A stretch of DNA of 64,000 nucleotides from an uncultured delta proteobacterium (GCA_963712115.1 CAVQGX010000032.1:1-64000); one strand, 5' to 3'. Positions 51,381 to 61,251 are shown, counted from the first letter of the stretch. Translations and numbers: made by a program. The notes: generated from the letters alone by a model not told the origin.

Positions 51381-54019
51381 TAAAAGAAAACGCCCATAGA
51401 GAACTGCCACTTGCTCTGTGGATCTCCCTTGCCTTTGTCTGGATTGTAGCCATACTCAAGCCTTAAAGGCCCCATGGGGGAGTACCATCTTATGCCGAAG
51501 CCGATGGCATACTTCAAATCATTTAAGTCAATATTATCCCCATTGTCGTAGGAATTGCCTGCATCAAAGAAGATTACCCCTCTAACCCCCTGCTCCTTTA
51601 CGAGAGGAAAGAGGAACTCCGTATTGAAGAGCACCATTTTGTTTCCACCTATACGATCGTTTGTTTCAGGATCCCTGGGGCTTATCTGTCCTGAACCGAA
51701 AGATCTAATTGAGTTTATCCCACCTAGGTAGAAGCGTTCATAAATGGGTACTTCTCCATTGTTCTCCACAATATATCCAGTCTTGCCATGCAAAAATCCC
51801 ACACAGTCCCAAAAGAGGGGGAAATACCAGCTCGAGTTGACTTCGCCCTTAATGAAGCCGGCATCCCCGCCGAGGAATCCTCCAGCGTAGTCCACTGTTA
51901 AACTGTTGTCTGATCCCCGGGTGGTAAGAAAATGGTGGTCTCTACTATCTCTTCTCAAGGTGGAGCTAAGGGAACTGGTGACAAGTTTCCCTTCTTGGTC
52001 TTTGATCACCTGGGCTGCGTCGGAAGAAATATTTGATATGTTTGCGTCGTCGTAAATATACGAGAGGTAGAGCCTGGTGTAATCCCAGACTGGATAACCG
52101 AAAGCGGTCCTTCCTCCCCAGCTGGTCTTTTGATACTCATCATAGTCCCTAGACCAGTTATAGGCCTCGATTGTCATGGAAAGAGGAATGTCGAACAGCC
52201 ATGGCTCGGTAAACTTCAGGGAAAAGGTGTTGGAAGTGGTCCCCACGTTGGCAGTAAACGCTAGATCCTGACCGCGGCCGAAGAGATTTTTTTCGGCAAC
52301 CTGCCCTTGGAAGAAGACTTGGTCTGCCGAACTGTAGCCGGCTCCCGCAGAGATATGTCTTGTGGGCTTTTCCTTGATTTTTACATCAACATCCATTTTG
52401 TCGGCTGTCTTCCCCTTTCTGGTATCTAGTTCTGCCGATTCGAAAAAGTCAAGTCTCTGCAAATTACGAACACTTCTTTCCAAATCGGCCTTACTGTAAC
52501 GTGCCCCCTCAACCACCCTTAACTGGCGCCTGATGACCTTGTCACGAGTCTTGGTATTGCCGCTAATATTAATCCTAGCAAAATCGACTATCTCACCTTT
52601 GTTGATCTCATAGTCAACATTTACAACTTGGTGCGTCTCGTCCTTGTCAATTTTTGGTGCCACCTCGGCAAAAGCGTAGCCCCGCGAGGTGAAGAAATCT
52701 GTAAGATTCTGAAGATCCTTTGCCAGAGCTTCACGGTTAAAGTACTTTTGATCAGACAGTTCGATAATGCTGAGAAGGTTTATCTTTGGCTCAATATCTT
52801 TCCCGCTCACGTCCACTTTACCCACCCGGAATCGACGGCCCTCATCGATGGGAAAATTGATGTAAATTCCCTCTTCATCGTAAGTAGCCTCAGGCCTTCC
52901 CACCCTGACATCCATGAAACCATGATTGAGGTAGAAGGCGGCGAGCCTATCTGAATCCACCTCGAGCCTCTCTCGTTTTAGAATCCCCGATTCAGTGAGC
53001 CAGAAGAACATACCCCTCTCGGAGGTCTGGATTATATCTTTGAGCTCATCATCCGAGAAGTGCTGATTGCCGGCGAAGGTAATCCTCTGGACATGGAGCT
53101 TCTTTTTCTCCTTGATGCTGAAGGCAACATCTACACGGTTTCCCTCGAGAGACTCCACTTCATAGGTAACCTCTGCATCATAGTAGCCTTTGTCCCGATA
53201 GAGCCCCCGAATTTTCTCCACGTCTTCCTTTAAAACTGAGCGCTGGAGTATACTGTATTGTCGGGTGGTCATAGCAGCTTGAAGGTCTTCTTCTGGTATG
53301 ACTTTGGCGCCACGGATAGTAACTTGGTTAATGGTGGGCTTTTCTGCCACCACAAAGACCACATCCTCTCCCTGTGGCGTTTCTTCGGCCTCAATGCGGA
53401 CCTCCTTGAAATAGCCCATCTTGTAGATCGCTGTCAAATCCTGGCGCAGTTTGGCTTGATCGAAGAGATCACCGCTTTTGGTTTTTATATTGAGTCTAAT
53501 GGCCTCGGTTTCGATACGCTCGTTGCCGGCCACCGAAACCCTGTTGATTTTTTTCCTTCTCAATATGCGTATGCCAACCTCATCTGAAAGATCAGACACT
53601 GCGCTGGCAAGGTTTTCCAACCCTTCTTGGGTTACATAGATGGAGGCCGTGGGACGCTGATTGTTGACATCCACCAGCCGCACATCAAAACTAATTTGCT
53701 CTCCTATCTTACTCACGCTTCCATATAAGACAAAATTAGTTTGCAACTCTGCGCCGACTTTCCGAGCCTGAACATCCGACATTTCTCGAACCGCCAACGA
53801 CGGCTTTTCTTCTAAGATCTCGAGAGCGGACACCGGTTGGAATCCTTGCTGCCTAAGGGTTCTAACCATCATGTCCATTAATGGTTTGCGTAGATGACTA
53901 AGGTCATCCTCGCTGTAAAAGCTGAGGGGGATGACGGCAAGTCGTATGGCTCGGGAATAGAGCGGCTGGGGCCAGACGAGAGACAGTCCCAGAAGAACAA
54001 ATAGAAGGCGAAATTTCAC
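51380..54019 (-). CDS. bamA: Outer membrane protein assembly factor BamA with an extra N-terminal domain
   Basis: POTRA repeats (GNERIE, GNTKTRDKVIRR), RFYLGG..SIRSF, WYSPMGPL, C-terminal Phe. Confidence 0.93.
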   Translation of the reverse strand: MKFRLLFVLLGLSLVWPQPLYSRAIRLAVIPLSFYSEDDLSHLRKPLMDMMVRTLRQQGFQPVSALEILEEKPSLAVREMSDVQARKVGAELQTNFVLYGSVSKIGEQISFDVRLVDVNNQRPTASIYVTQEGLENLASAVSDLSDEVGIRILRRKKINRVSVAGNERIETEAIRLNIKTKSGDLFDQAKLRQDLTAIYKMGYFKEVRIEAEETPQGEDVVFVVAEKPTINQVTIRGAKVIPEEDLQAAMTTRQYSILQRSVLKEDVEKIRGLYRDKGYYDAEVTYEVESLEGNRVDVAFSIKEKKKLHVQRITFAGNQHFSDDELKDIIQTSERGMFFWLTESGILKRERLEVDSDRLAAFYLNHGFMDVRVGRPEATYDEEGIYINFPIDEGRRFRVGKVDVSGKDIEPKINLLSIIELSDQKYFNREALAKDLQNLTDFFTSRGYAFAEVAPKIDKDETHQVVNVDYEINKGEIVDFARINISGNTKTRDKVIRRQLRVVEGARYSKADLERSVRNLQRLDFFESAELDTRKGKTADKMDVDVKIKEKPTRHISAGAGYSSADQVFFQGQVAEKNLFGRGQDLAFTANVGTTSNTFSLKFTEPWLFDIPLSMTIEAYNWSRDYDEYQKTSWGGRTAFGYPVWDYTRLYLSYIYDDANISNISSDAAQVIKDQEGKLVTSSLSSTLRRDSRDHHFLTTRGSDNSLTVDYAGGFLGGDAGFIKGEVNSSWYFPLFWDCVGFLHGKTGYIVENNGEVPIYERFYLGGINSIRSFGSGQISPRDPETNDRIGGNKMVLFNTEFLFPLVKEQGVRGVIFFDAGNSYDNGDNIDLNDLKYAIGFGIRWYSPMGPLRLEYGYNPDKGKGDPQSKWQFSMGVFF

Positions 54020-54040
54020 AACTTACTCGCTCTCCGCAGG

Positions 54041-54754
54041 TCACTCGATCTCGTTCAGCAATCCGTCCTTCATATGCAACTGTCTTTGCATCATGCCTGC
54101 AAGTTCCATATTGTGGGTAACGACAACCAAACTCACTTTTTGTTCCTGGTTGAGACGAAGCAGAAATTCGTGAATGTTCCGACTGCTTCTAGTGTCCAAG
54201 TTGCCCGTGGGCTCATCCGCGAGAAGCACCTTTGGATTCAACACCAAAGCCCTTGCAACAGCAACCCTCTGTTGCTCGCCTCCAGAAAGTTCTCCAACAC
54301 GATGTTGAGTACGGTGGCTCAAGCCAACCAGATCCAAAACGTACTGGGCGCTCTCTCTTGATTTTTTTTTGCTCATTCGTCCGATGAGTGGCGGTAACAT
54401 GACATTTTCCAATGCGGTAAACTCAGAGAGCAGATGGTGGAACTGAAAGACAAAGCCAATACTGCAGTTACGGTAGGCCGCCAGTTGGGTCTCGGAGAAT
54501 GTTAACACATTAACTCCTTCATAGATAACCTCACCAGCACTAGGTCTCTCCAGAGTTCCCAAAATGTGAAGCAGTGTGGTTTTTCCCACTCCGGAAGCGC
54601 CAACCACCGCAATGCTCTCCTGCCCTGAGAGGGTGAGATCGATACCGCGCAATACATCCACCCGCCGTTCGCCGCTGCCGAAATGTTTATGAACTCCCTT
54701 TACCTGGAGAATGGGCTCGGCGCTATTCATAGCGGATGGCCTCCGCTGGGTCAA
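54041..54754 (-). CDS. lolD: Lipoprotein-releasing ABC ATPase
   Basis: GASGVGKT, GFVFQFHHLL, LSGGEQQR, ADEPTGNLD. Confidence 0.92.
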   Translation of the reverse strand: MTQRRPSAMNSAEPILQVKGVHKHFGSGERRVDVLRGIDLTLSGQESIAVVGASGVGKTTLLHILGTLERPSAGEVIYEGVNVLTFSETQLAAYRNCSIGFVFQFHHLLSEFTALENVMLPPLIGRMSKKKSRESAQYVLDLVGLSHRTQHRVGELSGGEQQRVAVARALVLNPKVLLADEPTGNLDTRSSRNIHEFLLRLNQEQKVSLVVVTHNMELAGMMQRQLHMKDGLLNEIE

Positions 54755-55988
54755 GTCGTGAAGCTTGCCAGGCCGGATACAAAGTTGCCGCTAGGCTGAT
54801 GACCATTGCAGCCACGGCAATGAGAGCTAGGTCTACTGGGTCCATCTTAACCGGCAGGGTGGATATATAGTAAACATCCTGAGGCAGTTCAATGAACTTG
54901 TAGGTTGCTAGAAGTTCGCAGAGGGTGTAGCCACCCAAGACTCCGAGTATAGTTCCCACCAAACCTATAATTGCCCCCTCGATCATAAAAATCTTCATGA
55001 TGCTCCTGCGGGTGGCCCCCATGGACTTGAGGATGGCAATATCCCTGGTCTTCTCTAGAACAACCATGATCAAAGTGCCAACAATGTTGAAAGCAGCCAC
55101 TAAAATGATCAAAGTAAGGATGATGAACATAACTATTTTTTCCAACTTCAGAGCAGAGAAAAGGTTCTTATTCATCCTCATCCAGTCCCTGCTCCAGTAG
55201 GGATATCCTTCCAGGGCTTTGCCGATGGCCTTAGCCACCCGGCCCGCCTCATAAATATCAGACACCCGCACTTCAATGCCAGTGACTCGATCCCCAATGC
55301 CGAGAAAGCGCTGCGCAGCCCACAGGGACACATAGGCTAAGGTAGAGTCGTATTCGTACATTCCCGAGTCGAATATGCCCGTCACCCTGAAAGTCTGGCT
55401 ACGAGGCACTTGGCCAAGGGGAGTGAGACGGCCTAGGGGAGAGATCACCGTCACTGGCTCTCCCTGCGACACACCCAGATTCCTCGCGAGTTCGTTACCC
55501 ACAATGATTCCTGGGGTGCCTATGGGCCCGCTCAATCCATCTTCAGCTGCCAAATCTTTGAGGCTGCCGGCACGCAAATTTTTTGGCAGATTGATGACCT
55601 TGCTGGCCGTATCGGGATCGATACCTCTCAGCACCGCTCCTGATATGGCCTGGCGCGAACTGATCATTACCTGGGTATAGATGAAAGGCGTGGCAGCAGC
55701 TACCCCTGACACCTCTTCCACCTTCGTTTTCACTTCCTCGTACTTGGAAATGTTGCCGTCAAAACGGGAAATCACCACATGGGAGGTAACTCCGAGGATC
55801 TTGTCCCGGAGATCTTCTTTGAAGCCGTTCATCACTGCCAGAACCACAATAAGCGCGGTCACGCCGACCGTAACCCCGGCAATAGAAATTATAGTAATGA
55901 GTGAGACAAAGGTCTGTTTGCGTTTGGCCTTTAGATAACGGAGACCTATGAAAAGTTCGTAGGACATATCAGAAATGGTTCCGAGCAA
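54723..55988 (-). CDS. Lipoprotein-releasing ABC permease (LolC/E/F family)
   Basis: LRYLKAKRK, VMNGF, LIILVAAFNI, DIAILKSMGA, PAEAIRYE. Confidence 0.92.
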   Translation of the reverse strand: MLGTISDMSYELFIGLRYLKAKRKQTFVSLITIISIAGVTVGVTALIVVLAVMNGFKEDLRDKILGVTSHVVISRFDGNISKYEEVKTKVEEVSGVAAATPFIYTQVMISSRQAISGAVLRGIDPDTASKVINLPKNLRAGSLKDLAAEDGLSGPIGTPGIIVGNELARNLGVSQGEPVTVISPLGRLTPLGQVPRSQTFRVTGIFDSGMYEYDSTLAYVSLWAAQRFLGIGDRVTGIEVRVSDIYEAGRVAKAIGKALEGYPYWSRDWMRMNKNLFSALKLEKIVMFIILTLIILVAAFNIVGTLIMVVLEKTRDIAILKSMGATRRSIMKIFMIEGAIIGLVGTILGVLGGYTLCELLATYKFIELPQDVYYISTLPVKMDPVDLALIAVAAMVISLAATLYPAWQASRLDPAEAIRYE

Positions 55989-56009
55989 GCTTATGCGGTT
56001 GCCAGATTA

Positions 56010-56210
56010 AACCCCAAAGACCACCCAGGAAGTTTGAGATTCCAGATTGAAAAGTTACCTAAGTAGGAACTAGAAGATTCCGCAATCCCTGCCCGCCTGC
56101 CACGCCTGAATCCGCCTCAGGCGGGCGATGTCGGGCAGGCAAGGCGAGGCGGGTGCAATCTACAATCAGCAATCTGAAATTCCAACCCTTTGTGTTTCTT
56201 TGTGATTTTG
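56010..56210. repeat. Homolog of the 37545-37687 element carrying a 66-bp GC-rich palindromic insert (56088-56153)
   Basis: TTTGAGATTCCAGATTG...GGAACTAGA...CGCAATC [insert] TGCAATC TACAATC AGCAATC TGAAATT CCAAC matches the 37578-37660 sequence. Confidence 0.78.
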
Positions 56211-56278
56211 CCCATTGGCTCCTATTACACCCAGCTTTTTCTGATGCCAGTTGCCCGAACCGCAGGATCTGTGGCCGT

Positions 56279-57769
56279 CTAACGACTTGCTCCGCTCTCT
56301 GGCCTCAGGTGGGGAAACAGAATAACTTCCCGGATAGAAGGCAGGTCTGTAAACAACATAACTAATCGATCAATACCCACCCCCTCCCCCGCAGCGGGAG
56401 GCATGCCATATTCCAGGGCGCGAATGTAATCCTCATCCATAAAATGTGCCTCTTCATCGCCTGCCTTCCGTGCCTCCACCTGCTGGAGAAACCTCTCCCT
56501 CTGGTCCACTGGATCATTGAGTTCAGAAAAACCGTTGGCAATCTCATAGCCAGCTATGAAGAGCTCAAATCTATCTACCAAGGAAGGATCATCCTGATTG
56601 CGTCGTGAAAGTGGCGACACATCAAGAGGGTAGTGAGTAATAAACGTTGGTTGTTCCAGCTTCGGTTCAACCAAGAGATCAAATAGTTTGGTTACAATCT
56701 TTCCACTCTCTTGTCCAGCTGCAGTTATTCCCAGGGATTCAGCTCTTTCCCTCAGCTTTGTCTCATCTTCCACTTCACTGGATTCAATACCCCCAAAGGT
56801 CGCGAGCGCCTCTTTTAAGCTGTACCGTGGCCAAGGTGGGCTAAGATCAATTTCTTTGCCTTGGTAGGTTAGCTTCAGGCTACCATTTAATTCCCGGGCT
56901 ATGGTGCAGACCATCTCCTCGGTAAAGGGCATAAGGTCCTCATATGTGGCATAGGCCTGGTAGAACTCCAGCATGGTGAATTCTGGATTGTGCTGGAAGG
57001 ATATCCCCTCGTTACGAAAATTGCGATTTATCTCAAAAACTCGCTCCAAGCCACCTACAAGCAGTCTTTTCAAATAGAGCTCAGGGGCAATACGGAGATA
57101 CAAATCGATTCCCAGGGCGTTATGAAAAGTCTTGAAAGGACGGGCAGCGGCTCCACCCGGGATAGGCTGCATCATCGGGGTTTCTACCTCGATAAACCCA
57201 TGACCTCTCATAAAATCCTGTATTTTCTGAATAATCTTGGATCTCTTGATAAATACCTCTCGGACGCTGTCATTGACCATAAGATCAAGGTAGCGTTGAC
57301 GATACCTGATTTCCACATCCCGCAGCCCGTGCCATTTTTCCGGCAAGGGTCGCAGGCTTTTGCTCAGTATTCTTACCTCCTGGGCCAGCAGTGTGAGTTC
57401 ACCCGCATGGGTGCGAAATACAGTTCCCTTGGCGCCGACAAAATCACCAATGTCCATTTTTTTGAAAAGTTCATACTCCTCTTTACCAATCACATCTCTT
57501 TTTATATAGACCTGGAGTTGGCCGCTTCCATCCTTGATGTGTATAAAGGTTGCTCGGCCAAAAGATCGCATGGACATAATACGGCCGGCACAGACGAAAA
57601 TCCTTTCCTCCTGTGCTAAGGTCTCCTCGCTCTTATCTTCGAAGCGGTCCCTAATATCTGCCAGGCGATCCTCAACCTGAAAATCATTCGGATACAATTC
57701 AACGCCAGCCTGTCGCAACTCTTTCGCCTTTTGTTTTCGCTGACGTAATACCTGGCTTTCTTCGCTCAT
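56279..57769 (-). CDS. lysS: Lysine--tRNA ligase (class II)
   Basis: RYRQRYLDL, YLRIAPELYLKRL, FRNEG, HNPEFTMLEFY, YGMPPAAGEGVGIDRL. Confidence 0.97.
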   Translation of the reverse strand: MSEESQVLRQRKQKAKELRQAGVELYPNDFQVEDRLADIRDRFEDKSEETLAQEERIFVCAGRIMSMRSFGRATFIHIKDGSGQLQVYIKRDVIGKEEYELFKKMDIGDFVGAKGTVFRTHAGELTLLAQEVRILSKSLRPLPEKWHGLRDVEIRYRQRYLDLMVNDSVREVFIKRSKIIQKIQDFMRGHGFIEVETPMMQPIPGGAAARPFKTFHNALGIDLYLRIAPELYLKRLLVGGLERVFEINRNFRNEGISFQHNPEFTMLEFYQAYATYEDLMPFTEEMVCTIARELNGSLKLTYQGKEIDLSPPWPRYSLKEALATFGGIESSEVEDETKLRERAESLGITAAGQESGKIVTKLFDLLVEPKLEQPTFITHYPLDVSPLSRRNQDDPSLVDRFELFIAGYEIANGFSELNDPVDQRERFLQQVEARKAGDEEAHFMDEDYIRALEYGMPPAAGEGVGIDRLVMLFTDLPSIREVILFPHLRPESGASR

Positions 57770-57794
57770 GTCTAAGCCTCACAGGAACAACAAA

Positions 57795-57918
57795 AATAAA
57801 CCACGGAGAGCACAGAGACCACAGAGAGAGTTTAAATCTAGAGAATACTCCTTGGATTTCGGAGTACTGGCTCTATCTATATAAATCTCTGTGCACTCTG
57901 TGTTCTCTGTGGTTTATT
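57795..57918. repeat. Best-preserved AACCACAGAG-family element (33-bp inverted ends)
   Basis: AATAAACCACGGAGAGCACAGAGACCACAGAGA vs TCTCTGTGCACTCTGTGTTCTCTGTGGTTTATT (29/33 inverted match). Confidence 0.82.
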
Positions 57919-57974
57919 CTCACAGCGTTTCCGCGGGAACAACGGATTGGGTTTTGAGAACCTAGAAACGCGTT

Positions 57975-58003
57975 ACCTTAAATCATTTACCCGGTTCAGT
58001 CAA
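57975..58003 (-). promoter_or_regulatory. Possible sigma70 promoter for the lysS-lol-bam-lpx operon
   Basis: Minus strand TTGACT-N17-TAAGGT about 200 bp upstream of lysS. Confidence 0.45.
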
Positions 58004-58173
58004 GCACTATAGGCAGCAGGAGTTTTCCCTGTCTTCAGCCAATGACGGCTGTTCAGAGGATGACAAAGTTCTTAACTATGGTTGGTATTGGCGAATTTAG
58101 ATGGTGGAAGCGGCTGCCTCATAAAGCTCAATGGTGAACCATGGATAAAATGGGGAAACTCCTAGCCCGGAGG

Positions 58174-59892
58174 TCACTCTCTGGGGTTCTCCTCTGCCAG
58201 AGGAAAGTGGAGTATAAAGTTAGTACCACTGCGTCCGTCGCTCTCCAGGAAGATCTGACCACCATAGTCTTCCACGATCCGGTGAACGATGGTTAGGCCA
58301 AGTCCTGTTCCTTGGTCCTTGGTGGTAAAGAAAGGATCAAACACCTTACCCTGATTCTCCCTTAGAATGCCAGGGCCCGTGTCCGCAATTGAGATTTCGG
58401 CCAACTTTTGCTCAACCTCACCCCCACTACGATTTGTGCGAACGGCAGTGGCAATAGTAAGAATACCGCTGTTTGTCATTTCTTGCACTGCATTTAGCAC
58501 TAAATTCCAGATCACTTGCTGGAGTCTCTGGGCATCAATGTAGACCCATAGATTATTGGTCAGATTTTTTTCTATTCGAATAGGCCGAGAGAGCTCGGGA
58601 CTATTTTTCAGCATCTCCAAAGTGTCTTTAATGACCTCGTTCACTTCAACCGATTGGTCCACGGTTTTTTCCGGTCGAGAAAAAAGGAGAAACTCATTTA
58701 CCAGTGCGTTGAGCCTCTCGGCTTCCCTCATGGTAATGTCCATGAGTCGCTGCTGCATAGGACCAAATTCCAACTCGTCTCTGAGCATCTGGATTGAGCC
58801 ACTGAGCGAAGCAAGAGGGTTCTTGATCTCATGGGCAATACCGGCTGCAAGTTCCCCGGCTACAGCCAATCGGTCCATCCTTCGCACCTGCTCCTGCATC
58901 TGGCGAAATTCGGTTAGATCCTGAAAAATCAAGATCAAGCCCATCTCGTCTCCGGTTGGGTCCCTAAGGATCGACTGCAAAAAGCCGAGATGCAGTTTGG
59001 TACCGTCTTGCCGCTCGAAATCGATGTCAATCCCCTTCTGCCTATGGGTCATATCAATATTGCCACCCCTTTTAAGGCTAAGAGACAAATACGGGACAAT
59101 TTTCGGGAAAATATCACCGATATGGCTGCCCTCCAGTTCATCATAGCCCGATCCAGAAATCACCTCGGCTGCTGGATTAACGTAGGTTATTTTCAGTTTA
59201 TCATTCAGAGTTATGAGGCCAGTGCTCATGCTTTGGACAATATTGCGGTGGAGCAATTCGAGCTGATCCAGATCGTATTGTTTAGCTTTCAGCTTGACGC
59301 TGCTGCGGCGAAGCTCCTCTGCCAAGTAACTACTCAGCAAGGCTACGACATAAAAGGCGGCTATGTTCATAAGCAAAGTATAGAAATAGTAGCCGATACT
59401 GTATGTCATCAGCCCGGTAGCTCGGGTGTAGAATGGATGGATAATGTTGAAATACTGCAGATCCAGCAGGGAGCCGTAGCAGATGCTGCTGGCCGAGGCG
59501 ATGAGGAGGCCTCCTCGACGATAGAGCATGATCGCTGCATTGATGATCGCGAGGATGTACATGAAAGAGAAGATGCTCTCAATGCCTCCGGTGACATAGA
59601 TCAGTGCTGTGACAAAAAGGACGTCTAGAAGGATTTGCACATAGGCGAAGAGAATGTGCTTTCTGATGCGGTTGAGCAACAGGGCGTAGCAAAGAGTCAA
59701 AAAGTAGATTACCCCAGTAAGGATATAGAGAGAGAGAAGTGAGGTGTTAAAGAAGGTAGGATAGGCTCTGGCCTGAACAACGACAGTGGCGACCAGCAAA
59801 AAAGTGGCAAAGAGCAACCTGAGAAGCATAAGCCACTTGATCTTACTCAGAAGCTCTTTGCTCTCTGTCGAATCCTGTCCCAATTCAGACAT
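58174..59892 (-). CDS. pilS: PilS-like sensor histidine kinase (6 TM + PAS + HisKA + HATPase)
   Basis: YVTGGIESIFSF TM motif, IAHEIKNPL H-box, NLVLNA, DTGPG, PFFTTK, GTGLGL; follows pilC. Confidence 0.85.
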   Translation of the reverse strand: MSELGQDSTESKELLSKIKWLMLLRLLFATFLLVATVVVQARAYPTFFNTSLLSLYILTGVIYFLTLCYALLLNRIRKHILFAYVQILLDVLFVTALIYVTGGIESIFSFMYILAIINAAIMLYRRGGLLIASASSICYGSLLDLQYFNIIHPFYTRATGLMTYSIGYYFYTLLMNIAAFYVVALLSSYLAEELRRSSVKLKAKQYDLDQLELLHRNIVQSMSTGLITLNDKLKITYVNPAAEVISGSGYDELEGSHIGDIFPKIVPYLSLSLKRGGNIDMTHRQKGIDIDFERQDGTKLHLGFLQSILRDPTGDEMGLILIFQDLTEFRQMQEQVRRMDRLAVAGELAAGIAHEIKNPLASLSGSIQMLRDELEFGPMQQRLMDITMREAERLNALVNEFLLFSRPEKTVDQSVEVNEVIKDTLEMLKNSPELSRPIRIEKNLTNNLWVYIDAQRLQQVIWNLVLNAVQEMTNSGILTIATAVRTNRSGGEVEQKLAEISIADTGPGILRENQGKVFDPFFTTKDQGTGLGLTIVHRIVEDYGGQIFLESDGRSGTNFILHFPLAEENPRE

Positions 59893-59898
59893 GATTGA

Positions 59899-61110
59899 TC
59901 AGCCGCCCACTGCCCCGGCCATTTGAAATATGGGCAGATACATAGAGACTACTAAGCCACCGATGGTTCCACCCAGGAAAACCATCATGAATGGCTCAAG
60001 CATAGCGGTAAGAGCATCCACGGCTGCGTCAACTTCGTCATCATAAAAGTCCGCAATTTTTGCCAACATTGTATCCAAGGCACCAGTGGCCTCACCCACC
60101 GAAATCATCTGCACCACCATGGATGGGAAGACCTCACTGTCTGCCAGAGGCTCAGCAATAGTTCGGCCCTCACTAATGCTTTGCCTGGTTTCGCGGAGAG
60201 CCTCTTCTATGGTCTTATTACCAGCTGTGGCTGCAACTATGTCCAGACTATCCAGAATCGGCACGCCACTACTTATCATAGTACCGAGGGTGCGAGTAAA
60301 TTTGGCCACTGCAACCTTGCGGAGGAGCATGCCAAAAACCGGTGTCTTGAGAACCAAGCTGTCCACAAGCGCCCGGCCTTTTTCCGTTTTGTAAAATCGC
60401 CTGAAGAGAAATACCAACACAACCACGCCCACTATCATGTAAAGGATGTAGTACTTGACAAAATTACTTATAGCTACAACTATCTGGGTTGGCAACGGCA
60501 GAGCCTTGCCAAAGTCAGCAAACATTGACTGAAAAACGGGGATAACAAAAATGAGAATGACTGCCACCACTAAAACTGCAATACACATGACCACGATGGG
60601 ATAGGTCATGGCTCCTTTGACCTTCTTTTTGAGCTTAGACGCCTTCTCTATATAAGCGGCCAATCGATTCAGGATAATATCTAGAATACCGCCGATCTCG
60701 CCAGCGGCCACAAGATTAACAAATAAATCATCAAATACTTCAGGATGTTGCTTCAGCGCATCGGCAAAGGTGGACCCCTCCTCAACGTCCTCCTTTATGT
60801 TCTTGAGTATCCTCTTGAAGGTCCGGTTCTCTTGCTGACCGTAGAGAATTTCAAGACATTGCACCAGCGGCAGACCAGCATCTATCATGGTGGCGAACTG
60901 GCGGGTCATAACAACTATGTCTTTTTCGGTCACCCTGGGCTGAAGAAACTTGACGTTTTCAAATAAGTCTTTGGGTTTCGGTTTGATTGTGGTAGGCTCA
61001 ATACCCTGACGTCTGAGGGTGAGGCGAACAAAGTTTTCGCTCTCAGCCTCCATTTCACCCTTCTTCTTCTTTCCTTTGCGGTTGACACCTTTCCATACGA
61101 ATTCTGGCAT
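59899..61110 (-). CDS. pilC: Type IV pilus platform protein PilC
   Basis: TRQFATMIDAGLPL, AGEIGGILD, AMTYP, GEATGALD, MYLPIF. Confidence 0.93.
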   Translation of the reverse strand: MPEFVWKGVNRKGKKKKGEMEAESENFVRLTLRRQGIEPTTIKPKPKDLFENVKFLQPRVTEKDIVVMTRQFATMIDAGLPLVQCLEILYGQQENRTFKRILKNIKEDVEEGSTFADALKQHPEVFDDLFVNLVAAGEIGGILDIILNRLAAYIEKASKLKKKVKGAMTYPIVVMCIAVLVVAVILIFVIPVFQSMFADFGKALPLPTQIVVAISNFVKYYILYMIVGVVVLVFLFRRFYKTEKGRALVDSLVLKTPVFGMLLRKVAVAKFTRTLGTMISSGVPILDSLDIVAATAGNKTIEEALRETRQSISEGRTIAEPLADSEVFPSMVVQMISVGEATGALDTMLAKIADFYDDEVDAAVDALTAMLEPFMMVFLGGTIGGLVVSMYLPIFQMAGAVGG

Positions 61111-61251
61111 GGTCGCTCCTTTTCAAACCTCGGGGCTCCGCCCCAATTGCAACTTTGGAATAGGGGAGGATTGGTTAGCCAGACAATAGTCCAGACCTTG
61201 AGAATATGGCTCTGATTCGAGCAGTCAGTAAGAGGTCCCCTACCCTGGAGA

